Source of the DNA: a virus
Taxonomy: Duplodnaviria > Caudoviricetes
DNA length: 64,000 nucleotides
Strand: one strand, 5' to 3'
IMG/VR virus record: IMGVR_UViG_3300032332_001787
Coordinates: 1-64,000 of that record
The position numbers and the translations under genes are program-made. Positions 9,873 to 19,116 of the stretch are shown here, in pieces (within the stretch, counting starts at the first letter, position 1; every line of letters begins with the position of its first letter). A model generated the notes under the pieces. That model was not told the origin of the DNA and made no database searches. It saw only the letters and a list, made by a program, of their open reading frames with translations.

Positions 9873-10846
9873 ATATTCAACATCTTCTTAATTATATGTT
9901 TTGGAGCTTCTAATAAATATGCTGCATTATCTTGTACTCCAAAAGTCATCAATAAACTATCATTATAGTCACATAAGCCACAACAAAATTCAACCTCACA
10001 TCCTGTAAAGCTAAATGGTTCTGAAATTTTAACTATATGAAAATCTTGATTCCATAATACCAATCTATGTTTGTATGATACATTCTTTCTTCCTGCTTCA
10101 CTCTTAAATAAATAAGTTTCATGAGTTAATGCTAAGTAATGATCTTCAAAAGGAATAACCTGAGATCCACCTCTTAAATCAGCAGCTTTTAGATCTTGGT
10201 ATTCTGTTAGTATTACAGTTTCGCAAATGCCTGTAACCGGATCAAATTTAGCTACTTCTGTAGGGTTTGTCCATTTTATATAATGATATGGCTTGTCCAG
10301 AATGGGCATCCAGTTTTTCTCACAGTAACTACTATTATTTCCTGGCGCTGGAATTCTTTGTCTTTTAATTTCAACACTTTTATTATTTTTGATTAAAATT
10401 TCTGATAATTCCATTCGTCCTTCGCCATTAGTAGTCGTGTCTCTTCGTACTCCAGAAAGAAAAAATTTATTATTCCATTCTACTATTCTACAATCTTCTA
10501 ATCCTACAAATTCCCACAATGGTTTTTCGTCTAATAAAGAAGTATCTACAATATTATTAGATACTATTTCAAATTTTTCATTTAATGTACACAGTATATT
10601 ATATGTTGTAAGTGAAATATCATTCTCCGGGTGCAAATAGCATAAAGGCCCCCATATGTGCTCATTAACCCCATTCTCTGCATGATATAGAACATAATTA
10701 ATATTGCGTAAATTAACTATTAATTGATTATTTTTATTCCTAAAAATAGAAGGATTAGTTAAAGAAGTTCCTATCATAGACGAAGAAGGAACTAATAAAG
10801 GATGGATCGATCCACCTTGTTCTAGTATGGATTTGGATATATTCAT
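9869..10846 (-). CDS. Glycoside hydrolase/phosphorylase-like beta-propeller protein
   Basis: NPSIF, GLEDCRIV, EKNWMP, LRGGSQ and VEFCCGL motifs, typical of five-bladed GH-like phage proteins found beside TPR glycosyl genes. Confidence 0.55.
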   Translation of the reverse strand: MNISKSILEQGGSIHPLLVPSSSMIGTSLTNPSIFRNKNNQLIVNLRNINYVLYHAENGVNEHIWGPLCYLHPENDISLTTYNILCTLNEKFEIVSNNIVDTSLLDEKPLWEFVGLEDCRIVEWNNKFFLSGVRRDTTTNGEGRMELSEILIKNNKSVEIKRQRIPAPGNNSSYCEKNWMPILDKPYHYIKWTNPTEVAKFDPVTGICETVILTEYQDLKAADLRGGSQVIPFEDHYLALTHETYLFKSEAGRKNVSYKHRLVLWNQDFHIVKISEPFSFTGCEVEFCCGLCDYNDSLLMTFGVQDNAAYLLEAPKHIIKKMLNI

Positions 10847-10919
10847 TTTGTCCTATTATATTGCCTAAGATGCTTCTATTTATAATTATAGACAATATTT
10901 TTATTCAAGTCAAGGGATT

Positions 10920-11228
10920 TTAAATTACCCATAACCCAGTAGCTTCATCTAAAACATACTCTTTTCCAGGACAAGGTGGAACAAAAGCTCCTTCTGGAAT
11001 ATTTATGTCCTCTCTAAAAACATAGCCTATCCCAGCATAATTTAATCTAAAAGGAACTCCACCATTATTATGAACTCCGCCAATTGTATTGTATGAAGTT
11101 CGTTTACAAATTTGTCCTCTAAATTCACCGTAATATTTTTCCCAGTCAATACCTTCTTCATTTTCATTCTTGCCAACTATAACTTCAGTAACAATATTAT
11201 TTTCATCTAAAAATGCATAATGTGCCAT
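10920..11228 (-). CDS. Conserved phage hypothetical protein (MAHYAFLDENN... family)
   Basis: MAHYAFLDENNIVTEVIVG...RTSYN...PFRLNYAGIGY; in my recollection often found next to Gly-rich virion genes. Confidence 0.55.
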   Translation of the reverse strand: MAHYAFLDENNIVTEVIVGKNENEEGIDWEKYYGEFRGQICKRTSYNTIGGVHNNGGVPFRLNYAGIGYVFREDINIPEGAFVPPCPGKEYVLDEATGLWVI

Positions 11229-11377
11229 ATATTATATCTTTAATTAAAGTAATGATATCTATTTTTCCTGAAAGTATTATTAGATCCACTAATGCTAACA
11301 TTTTGAGCTAATATTGAATTGTTATATGATAGTGACATGTTATTTTATTCTTATAGGTAATATATTTATATTAGGTA

Positions 11378-12457
11378 TTAAAATGTAATACTTCCAGATG
11401 TTGTAAATGTGTAGATAGTATCACTACCAACAATAGAGGATGTTGGAGAGCCTGTTGTTGTTGCAGATACACCTGAGCTGATACGAACAATTACTACTCC
11501 ATATCCACCTGATCCTGCTGTGTAAGAATCATCACCGCGCATACCACCTCCACCGCCGCCAGTATTGGCAGTGCCGCTCTGAGGGCTATTATTGAGTCTT
11601 GCTCCATTTCCACCGCCTCCGGTTCCACCCGTTCCAGTATAATTATCGCCTCCACCGCCACCGCCACCTCCATAAAAAACTGCACTTCCGGTTATTGAAT
11701 TAGAAATACCAATCCCTCCGTTTGGTGCTGTGCCTACACCGCCAGCACCCGATCCCCCATATGAAGGATTGGATGAAGTGTTTGTGTTGGAAATTGATTG
11801 GGGAGATCCTGAGTCGCCGCCAATACCGGAGCGAGGAGTGTTAGCCCCACCTCCCTGACCACCTCCTGCAGTAACACCAAATGCGCTGCTGCTCAAGCCA
11901 TTAGCGCTAGTGCTAACGCTGCTAGACCCTGCGCCACCAGAACCAACAACAATCTGATATTGTTGGCCTGTAGAAATAGTGATAGTGCCAGATTGAACAC
12001 CTCCACCACCGCCACCACCACCATAACACACGCCGGGTGTGCCTTTGGCACCAGAGCCACCACCACCAACAATAAGATATTGCAGTGTCACTGTTGAACC
12101 AGGAACAGCAGAATTTGATGAAGATGAGTAGTTTCCGGTACCAGCCCCATTTGTTGCCGAAACACGGAAAATATATGTTGTTCCGTTGGTCAATCCTGTA
12201 ATAGTAGCATTTGTTGCAGTCGAGGCGAGTCTACTAAAAGTTGTCCATGTTGAGCCAGAGTTGCTTGAGTATTGAACCGTATAGTCTGTGATTGGCGTCT
12301 GTGATAAAACTGTTGGTGCTGTCCAAGAAACTGTAACTTGAGTATTTCCAGAAGCTGCAGAAACTCCCGTGGGCGCAGGAGGCGCTAATAGCGTTCGCAA
12401 AACAGAATCTGATGTATTTCCAGAAAATAAAGTTGTTTGTATTCTTGAAAGAGGCAT
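11378..12457 (-). CDS. Fibronectin type III plus glycine-rich domain virion protein
   Basis: PAPTGVSA..VTVSWTAP..ITDYTVQY..GLTNGTTYIFRVSATN (FN3), then LIVGGGGSG...GGYGVVIVR. Confidence 0.75.
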   Translation of the reverse strand: MPLSRIQTTLFSGNTSDSVLRTLLAPPAPTGVSAASGNTQVTVSWTAPTVLSQTPITDYTVQYSSNSGSTWTTFSRLASTATNATITGLTNGTTYIFRVSATNGAGTGNYSSSSNSAVPGSTVTLQYLIVGGGGSGAKGTPGVCYGGGGGGGGVQSGTITISTGQQYQIVVGSGGAGSSSVSTSANGLSSSAFGVTAGGGQGGGANTPRSGIGGDSGSPQSISNTNTSSNPSYGGSGAGGVGTAPNGGIGISNSITGSAVFYGGGGGGGGDNYTGTGGTGGGGNGARLNNSPQSGTANTGGGGGGMRGDDSYTAGSGGYGVVIVRISSGVSATTTGSPTSSIVGSDTIYTFTTSGSITF

Positions 12458-12466
12458 ATTAATTCC

Positions 12467-14332
12467 TTAAGTATTATAGTCTGGAAAGGCTGCTGTTGGA
12501 ACTAAAAATGTTGTTCCGTTCGGATATCTACAGACCGTAGTAATACGTAGTTCATCGATATATCCATTATAATCACGACCAGAGAGTGCTCCATCCATGC
12601 CAATTCTGATTATTGAATCGGAATTATTACTATAAGACTGTGTAAGATTATATATCATTGAAGCTCGCTGAACGCCATCGATGTACATACGCAGGACGTT
12701 GCCTGAGTCACGGCACACAGCCAGATGATGCCAGTTGTTGTCGTTGAGTCCGCCGATTGATGAACCAAGCGGTGAGCCGAGGTTCATCGAATATAAGTAA
12801 ATATCTCCAGCCGATGCAGTTGCGTTGTTTATGTTCAGCACAAAGTCATATGCCGCCGACACTCCTTGCCTGCCGCGATAAAACAAACAGGTGTATTGCT
12901 GCGTCGATCCAGTGCGAAACCAGAACTCTACTGTGTGAAGTTGATCGCTGAACTGAAGCGCAGATATATTATATGTAGGAGTCTGTATATAGTCTCCGCT
13001 GCCATCAAAATATGCAGATTTGCCACCAAATTTACTTTGAGTGGCAGACTGCGTAGCGTCGCCATTCGCCGTGACCGTCTTTGGCGTTGCCGAAGAATCG
13101 ACAAATGTAGCACCTGTACCATCCATATGCAATAGCAAAGAAATGTAACTAAAATAAGGATCACTACTCCAAGCACTTATTGGAGTTCTTGTCCAATTAT
13201 TAGTACTAGTACAAACATAAATATAACTACTATCCCAACAAATGTCTCCCGTGTTACCAGTATCAGTGGCCGAAGATGGTGTCTTACTATTTCTTAATCG
13301 GAATTTATCATTATTGATATCTAACAAAGTTGTTGGAACACTTGTTCCTATACCAATATTGCCCGAAGATGTTATTCTTAATCTTTCTGAATTTCCAACA
13401 TTAAAAGATGTAAAAGCAGCAAGATCGGTTTCATTATTATTAATACCAAATTGACCATTCTTATATTTAACCAAATCAACACTAGTATTGCTAGTACCAG
13501 AAGTATTAATTGTAATTAATCGTAGAATACTACCAGCGCTTGATGAATTATTACCATTATTAATATCTACATATCTTAAACTATTAATATTTTGTCCACC
13601 AATAAGAATATCTCCTTTATAATCAATCTTAAATCTATCATATCCAGAACTTGCTATGTTGATTGAACCACTAGATGGGAAATAAAATCCTGTTGAGAGG
13701 TCATTCGATGAACTAATAGCCGGGCTTGATACTGAACCGGGGACTATTCCATTTAATGTAGCTACCGCTGTTGTTCCATAACCAACTCCCCAGAAAGTTA
13801 AACCACTAGCTGGGGCTTCAGTAAACACTATATTAGATCCACTAACACTATATGATGAAATTGGTTCTTGAGCAACGCCGCCCACATAGATCCCCAAAGT
13901 ATTTGCACTAACTGGATAATATGCTGTTCCGCTAACTGCTAATCCGAATGATGTGGACGAACCGTTAAAAGATGAACTGATACTATCTAGTTTAGTATAA
14001 AGATTATTATTAATTGAGGGCAATAAAGTTATATATTCTATTGTTGTTCCTGATGGAGCACTATTAGCTAAAGTTACTGATGTTCCATCGGTTGCAGTAT
14101 AGTCGCTACCACTTAATAATTTCACTCCATTCTGGAATAGATCTAAATATCCTGGAACATATCCTCCTGTTATTGACAAAGTTGATGTTCCGCTGGTGGT
14201 AGTTAAGCTTGATCGTGCTGAATTTACATTTTGAGTTATAAACTCCCAAGCATAGCCACTCCATGTGTAAGTACGACCATTTTGAGTGGTTGTTTGACCT
14301 GTAGTTGGATTAGAGGGAAAATTTAGTGACAT
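12467..14332 (-). CDS. Tail fibre/adhesin with C-terminal LamG/ConA-like domain
   Basis: MSLNFPSNPTTGQ start, IGIGTSVPT repeat, SLLLHMDG...TVEFWFR...WHHLAVCR...GYIDELRIT. Confidence 0.75.
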   Translation of the reverse strand: MSLNFPSNPTTGQTTTQNGRTYTWSGYAWEFITQNVNSARSSLTTTSGTSTLSITGGYVPGYLDLFQNGVKLLSGSDYTATDGTSVTLANSAPSGTTIEYITLLPSINNNLYTKLDSISSSFNGSSTSFGLAVSGTAYYPVSANTLGIYVGGVAQEPISSYSVSGSNIVFTEAPASGLTFWGVGYGTTAVATLNGIVPGSVSSPAISSSNDLSTGFYFPSSGSINIASSGYDRFKIDYKGDILIGGQNINSLRYVDINNGNNSSSAGSILRLITINTSGTSNTSVDLVKYKNGQFGINNNETDLAAFTSFNVGNSERLRITSSGNIGIGTSVPTTLLDINNDKFRLRNSKTPSSATDTGNTGDICWDSSYIYVCTSTNNWTRTPISAWSSDPYFSYISLLLHMDGTGATFVDSSATPKTVTANGDATQSATQSKFGGKSAYFDGSGDYIQTPTYNISALQFSDQLHTVEFWFRTGSTQQYTCLFYRGRQGVSAAYDFVLNINNATASAGDIYLYSMNLGSPLGSSIGGLNDNNWHHLAVCRDSGNVLRMYIDGVQRASMIYNLTQSYSNNSDSIIRIGMDGALSGRDYNGYIDELRITTVCRYPNGTTFLVPTAAFPDYNT

Positions 14333-14382
14333 GTTATTTTATCTCATAAATTGTAACATAATATTGATGGTTTTGTGGTTGA

Positions 14383-15798
14383 TCATGAGTCTGGGAATGC
14401 TGATGTTGGTACTGTGATAGTTGAGGTTGTGTAGCCGCGACCAGATCCCTTTGTAATCCGCAGGTCATCAATGTATCCCGACATTTGGTTTGTTGAGCCA
14501 CCCCGCACACCAATGTAAAGCGGAAGTGACGACGAACTGCAATTACCTATTAGAGTGCCTCGGAGCGCACCGTCCATATAGCAGCGAATCACTCCACTAG
14601 TGCGAGCAACTGCAATATAATGCCATGTATTTACAGTTGGTCCAACGGAAAACGCCACTGCAGACGATCCCGTATACAACTCAAACGTGTTGTCGGCTTT
14701 TTTATAAAACGTCCACCCAGGGCCAGCAGTTGGGGTAAACTGTTCGATGATGTTTTGTTCTCCGCTGAGTGATGTATAATAAACCCAACATTCTATCGTC
14801 CAATCAACACCGGCTAAATCAAATGCAGAGCTGTTTGCGATGCTCAGATAGCTACTACCGTCAAGATAAAGCGATTTACCACCCCACTTGGATTGCGTAG
14901 CAGACTGCGTCGCTCCACTGCTTGCCGTGATCGTTCTCGCCGCACTTGATGAATCGACGAATGTCGAACCAATGCCATCCGCATGTAGTAGCAGGCTGAC
15001 ACTACTATAGTATGGATCTCCGCCAGCTATTATAGAATTGCTGACTGTCGAATACGCACCAGTACCGACCGCATTTGTCGCCGACACACGAAACACATAG
15101 GCCGTTCCATTGGTCAGACCGGTTACCGTTGCACTTGTGGCGGACGATGCCGACTGAGTGAACGTCGTCCATGAAGAGCCACTATTGCTACTGAACTGAA
15201 CTGTATAATCTGTAATTGGTGTTTGAGTTGATACGGTTGGGGCATTCCATGATAACGTGACTTGCGCATTTCCTGCGCTAGCCGTTATTCCCGTTGGTGC
15301 CGGGGCTAAAAATAAATTCCATCTACTATCACTACCAACTGGAGCATAGCTTACTGGACCTAATTCTTGATAAACAGTACTGGCCCATCTATATATTCTT
15401 CCAGTATCTGTACTAATATAAATAGTGCTACTAACTCCACTAGCTGGAAAATTTGAAACTGTACTATATTCTATAACACTAGTTGAAGAACTTCCTCCAA
15501 CCCCACTTGCTGTACTATTAATAGTATAAGTTCCACTAGACGAACTAATAGTAATATTAGATCCAGCCACAATATTCTTAACAGGAAGGATTCCACTAGT
15601 AGCCGTTCCAAAATCAGTAATATTAGATGAGTTTAAATTTATACTACCTAAACTAGACCAATTTGATATTCCATCTCCAATTTTTAAAATATTATTAGAT
15701 AGATCATATCCTGGCTCACCACTAGCTAATACTGGATTGGCCGAAGTCCATGCTGAAGCTGTTCCTTTGCGTATTTGTATAAGGTCATTTACGGCCAT
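14383..15798 (-). CDS. Tail fibre/adhesin: Mtd-N-like motif, FN3 and LamG-like domain
   Basis: IQIRKGTASAWTSANPVLASGEPG N-terminus; FN3 module similar to 11378..12457; LamG module similar to 12467..14332. Confidence 0.75.
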   Translation of the reverse strand: MAVNDLIQIRKGTASAWTSANPVLASGEPGYDLSNNILKIGDGISNWSSLGSINLNSSNITDFGTATSGILPVKNIVAGSNITISSSSGTYTINSTASGVGGSSSTSVIEYSTVSNFPASGVSSTIYISTDTGRIYRWASTVYQELGPVSYAPVGSDSRWNLFLAPAPTGITASAGNAQVTLSWNAPTVSTQTPITDYTVQFSSNSGSSWTTFTQSASSATSATVTGLTNGTAYVFRVSATNAVGTGAYSTVSNSIIAGGDPYYSSVSLLLHADGIGSTFVDSSSAARTITASSGATQSATQSKWGGKSLYLDGSSYLSIANSSAFDLAGVDWTIECWVYYTSLSGEQNIIEQFTPTAGPGWTFYKKADNTFELYTGSSAVAFSVGPTVNTWHYIAVARTSGVIRCYMDGALRGTLIGNCSSSSLPLYIGVRGGSTNQMSGYIDDLRITKGSGRGYTTSTITVPTSAFPDS

Positions 15799-15881
15799 CT
15801 TAAGATATAGTCCTATTTTTATTAATACTATAGGGTATGATAATAGTTAATACACCCATGAGCAAGATAGTATTGCTCTAT

Positions 15882-16742
15882 TTAGCTATTAAAGATCTTA
15901 TTTTTAGCTCTTTCTAATATATTATCCAAACTGTCTTGAGAAACCCGACCCTTAAAATGATTATAAGTATCAATTATCATATGATGGTTAGGGTCTCTAG
16001 TTATTTCCAACCATCCTACAAAATAATTCCATATTCTATCTTCTAATATTAACGGATACTTAACTCCGTTGGGACGACCAAATCGGTGAATCCACTTTAG
16101 TTGAGGAATACAAATATTCTTCCCTCCGTTTCTCCTAAACTTTTCTGCTAGATATCCTTCTTCGGCCCCAAAACCCTTAAAATGTTGACATATTTCGGGC
16201 CAATTTTTTTTCTCAAACGAACATAATCCCATGCCCTGCATCTTTATTTCAAAAGGTTCTCCTTTGGATACTCCTTCATTATTATTCCACCATATACCAT
16301 ACATATCCCCTCTCCACTCATCCTTGAACTCTGATGAACAATTTTTTAAATCATCATAGAGTAATGGTCCCTGAACTAAATCTTTACAGTCTGGATGATC
16401 TTTATAGTAGTTTAATAAGGACTCTATAGCATTATTTACTAATAATACATGACAATCTAAAATTAATACATACTGACCATTAGCATGATCTACTATCTTA
16501 TATTTGTTAAAAGAACTTGGTTTATCTTTGAGTGGAACATACTTAGCAACATCCGAAGCCCAGCCATTTATAAACTTGGCTGTTTCTTGACCATGAACAC
16601 TATCTGGATTATTATCTAACACTATTATTTCTATGTCATTATTTTTTAAGACTGAATGATGCGCTCTTAAGCTTTGAACAGTAAAATAAACTCCATCAAA
16701 GTCATCATAACAAGCTGTGCCTATTGTTAATAATTTATTCAT
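15882..16742 (-). CDS. Glycosyltransferase family 2-like protein
   Basis: LTIGTACYDD, EIIVLDN, YVLILDCH, FKGFGAEEGY and WIHRF motifs. Confidence 0.7.
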   Translation of the reverse strand: MNKLLTIGTACYDDFDGVYFTVQSLRAHHSVLKNNDIEIIVLDNNPDSVHGQETAKFINGWASDVAKYVPLKDKPSSFNKYKIVDHANGQYVLILDCHVLLVNNAIESLLNYYKDHPDCKDLVQGPLLYDDLKNCSSEFKDEWRGDMYGIWWNNNEGVSKGEPFEIKMQGMGLCSFEKKNWPEICQHFKGFGAEEGYLAEKFRRNGGKNICIPQLKWIHRFGRPNGVKYPLILEDRIWNYFVGWLEITRDPNHHMIIDTYNHFKGRVSQDSLDNILERAKNKIFNS

Positions 16743-16763
16743 ATATATTTTTAATTATTGCTT

Positions 16764-17057
16764 TTATGAGTCTCCATAAGGAATAAAATGTTTTCGTACA
16801 AAAACCATATTGATGAAGAAGCCACAAAAACCACTTAATAAATAACTAACTATACTGCTAGTATAATTTTCTAATGGATTGATAAAGAATGAGAGCCCCA
16901 GACTAATCCAAAAGCTTACACACTCATGACAGAGCAGGGGCTTACGAATGTATGGAACTCGTGCCACCAAATTTCTTAGTGGCCGAGTAACCTCAGTATC
17001 ACTCCAAGCGTACGATAATGCTAAAGAGCAAAATAAATAAATAATAAAATTGCTCAT
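16764..17057 (-). CDS. Small membrane protein with CxxC motif
   Basis: Three hydrophobic segments; LLCHECVSFW. Confidence 0.5.
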   Translation of the reverse strand: MSNFIIYLFCSLALSYAWSDTEVTRPLRNLVARVPYIRKPLLCHECVSFWISLGLSFFINPLENYTSSIVSYLLSGFCGFFINMVFVRKHFIPYGDS

Positions 17058-17458
17058 AAAAAATATACTATAACTTTATCGTCTCTTTCCGCTATGCTAA
17101 ACATCCGAAACATTTTATTCGGTAAAGTTGCCGCAAAAGCTGCCCATGCTTCCTCACCTCCATCAATAATGAAGATTTTTCCTGTATAATTATTATTAGC
17201 TCGTTCTTCAGCTAAAGATTGTAGTTTAACATTAATTTCATTAGTATTCTTAATATATTGGTTTAAAGATTCTGGATTTTTTTCTAAATGCTCGCCGAAA
17301 AACTTAAATACTCGTCCTCGACAAGAGCAATTAGGATTATCTTTAAAGGTAACAAGATCCGCTAGTATGGATGGAAAATCATTCTTAAATTGGCTAAAAA
17401 TTTCTTCATCCTTAATCAGAATGGGCAGAATATCGATCATATTATTTTTATTAATCAT
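17054..17458 (-). CDS. Hypothetical protein
   Basis: Overlaps the downstream gene by 4 bp; contains NPNCSC. Confidence 0.5.
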   Translation of the reverse strand: MINKNNMIDILPILIKDEEIFSQFKNDFPSILADLVTFKDNPNCSCRGRVFKFFGEHLEKNPESLNQYIKNTNEINVKLQSLAEERANNNYTGKIFIIDGGEEAWAAFAATLPNKMFRMFSIAERDDKVIVYFL

Positions 17459-17519
17459 AGTTTGGTCTCCTTTAGCTTATAATAGAGACCATTCAGATAT
17501 TGGCAAGATTATAAGAGTA

Positions 17520-19046
17520 TTATTGACACATCCAAGTATTGTAATCTGTTTTTACCAATGTTCCGTAGCAGCATTCACCAGGATTTTCAGCTGGATATCC
17601 GTCTATGGATCCTGGAATAACTTTGGCATTTGGACAACAAGTACTAGAACCTTGATTAGCAACCGATGTACATGTATACCCGACGCCACAAACTCCAGCA
17701 TATTCACAACAAGTTTCGCCCGTGCCGTAGCATTGATTATACGAGTCACCACATGGAGTTTTCCCTTGTGGACAACTACAATTGGCATTACATTCAGATA
17801 GAGTTGCGTAAATAGGTCCATAAGGAGTTGAATAACCATAGCCGTAACAATCAGAGCAAGGGGAGCAACCCCCATCTACGCCATTGCAAGCATATCCATT
17901 AGTACTTGGCTCACCAGTTGTTGTTGTCGTTGTTGTTGGCTCTGGAGTTGTTGTTGGGGCGTCTGTTGTTGTTGTGGTTGGAGCGTCTGTTGTTGTTGTG
18001 GTTGGAGCGTCTGTTGTTGTTGTGGTTGGAGCGTCTGTTGTTGTTGTGGTTGGAGCGTCTGTTGTTGTTGTGGTTGGAGCATCCGTAGTTGTTGTGGTTG
18101 GAGCATCCGTAGTTGTTGTGGTTGGAGCATCCGTAGTTGTTGTGGTTGGAGCATCCGTAGTTGTTGTGGTTGGAGCGTCTGTTGTTGTAGTCGAACCAAC
18201 TGTTTGATCTACAACTCCCTCTATTCCAACAGAATTCGAAAGAACAGGTAAAATTTCAGTATGAGTAGGATCCCAATCTTCGATAGGTGCATTATCTCCT
18301 TCTCCGTTTTCTCCAAGATTTTGTAAATTGTCAAAAATGCTACCATTTTGAGTGAAGTTTTCTGCTGCTGTTGCTATAAAATTTGCTTCATCTGATGATA
18401 ATATCAAATCTTCTTGTGAGCTTTGGATTCCAATGCCTGTCTCAAAACTACTTCTAGTCAAACCATAAGGAGCTAATGCTTTACCAAAACCATCCCAAGT
18501 TGCTCCATCTCCACCGTTCCATAAAACCCCATTATTATCAGCCACTCTTTTAAGAATAGGAACAATAGCACCACCTAGTTTAACTACATTATTAATACTG
18601 GACCAACTCATTTCAAAAGAAAGATAAGCACTTGCCCCAGTTCCATTTTTCAAGATATTTAGAGTTACTGGACCAAGAGTTAATTTGGTTGTAGAGTTAT
18701 ATGTTGTAGAAACAGTATTATAATTTACTCTTATATTATCAATAACCTTGGCATTGCCATAAGCCTTGTTTGTATAATAAATTTTTATACTATGTGTTGA
18801 TGTTTGTAAATCTAATAATTGAAGTTCATTATTACCTGATATTCCTGGTTTATTATCTCCCCACTGAGCTATAGTTTTAGTACTTACTCTATTTTTAGAA
18901 TCTACAGAACTAGTAGTAATATAAAAGTGCGGATCTCCCCAAGCTCCTACTGTCATAGCTGTTAGCGTTGATAATGGAGGAGATGGTGGTTTGGGAGGAT
19001 TTATCTTAGCCCGCCCATTTACCATAAAGATTTTGCTGCTTTTCAT
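17520..19046 (-). CDS. Mucin-like protein: WGDPH (VWD-like) domain, Thr-rich stalk and Cys-rich tip
   Basis: GAWGDPHF motif, ten (T)TTTTDAP repeats, Cys-rich C-terminus. Confidence 0.65.
   Translation of the reverse strand: MKSSKIFMVNGRAKINPPKPPSPPLSTLTAMTVGAWGDPHFYITTSSVDSKNRVSTKTIAQWGDNKPGISGNNELQLLDLQTSTHSIKIYYTNKAYGNAKVIDNIRVNYNTVSTTYNSTTKLTLGPVTLNILKNGTGASAYLSFEMSWSSINNVVKLGGAIVPILKRVADNNGVLWNGGDGATWDGFGKALAPYGLTRSSFETGIGIQSSQEDLILSSDEANFIATAAENFTQNGSIFDNLQNLGENGEGDNAPIEDWDPTHTEILPVLSNSVGIEGVVDQTVGSTTTTDAPTTTTTDAPTTTTTDAPTTTTTDAPTTTTTDAPTTTTTDAPTTTTTDAPTTTTTDAPTTTTTDAPTTTTTDAPTTTPEPTTTTTTTGEPSTNGYACNGVDGGCSPCSDCYGYGYSTPYGPIYATLSECNANCSCPQGKTPCGDSYNQCYGTGETCCEYAGVCGVGYTCTSVANQGSSTCCPNAKVIPGSIDGYPAENPGECCYGTLVKTDYNTWMCQ
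17955..18192. repeat. 24-bp coding tandem repeat, about 10 copies
   Basis: GTTGGAGCRTCYGTWGTTGTTGTG units encode TTTTTDAP on the minus strand. Confidence 0.95.
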
Positions 19047-19116
19047 ATTATATTTCTCAAGTATAAAGGATTAAATTATTAACGTGTATTTTAAACAAAA
19101 TTTAAAGAAAATCTTA

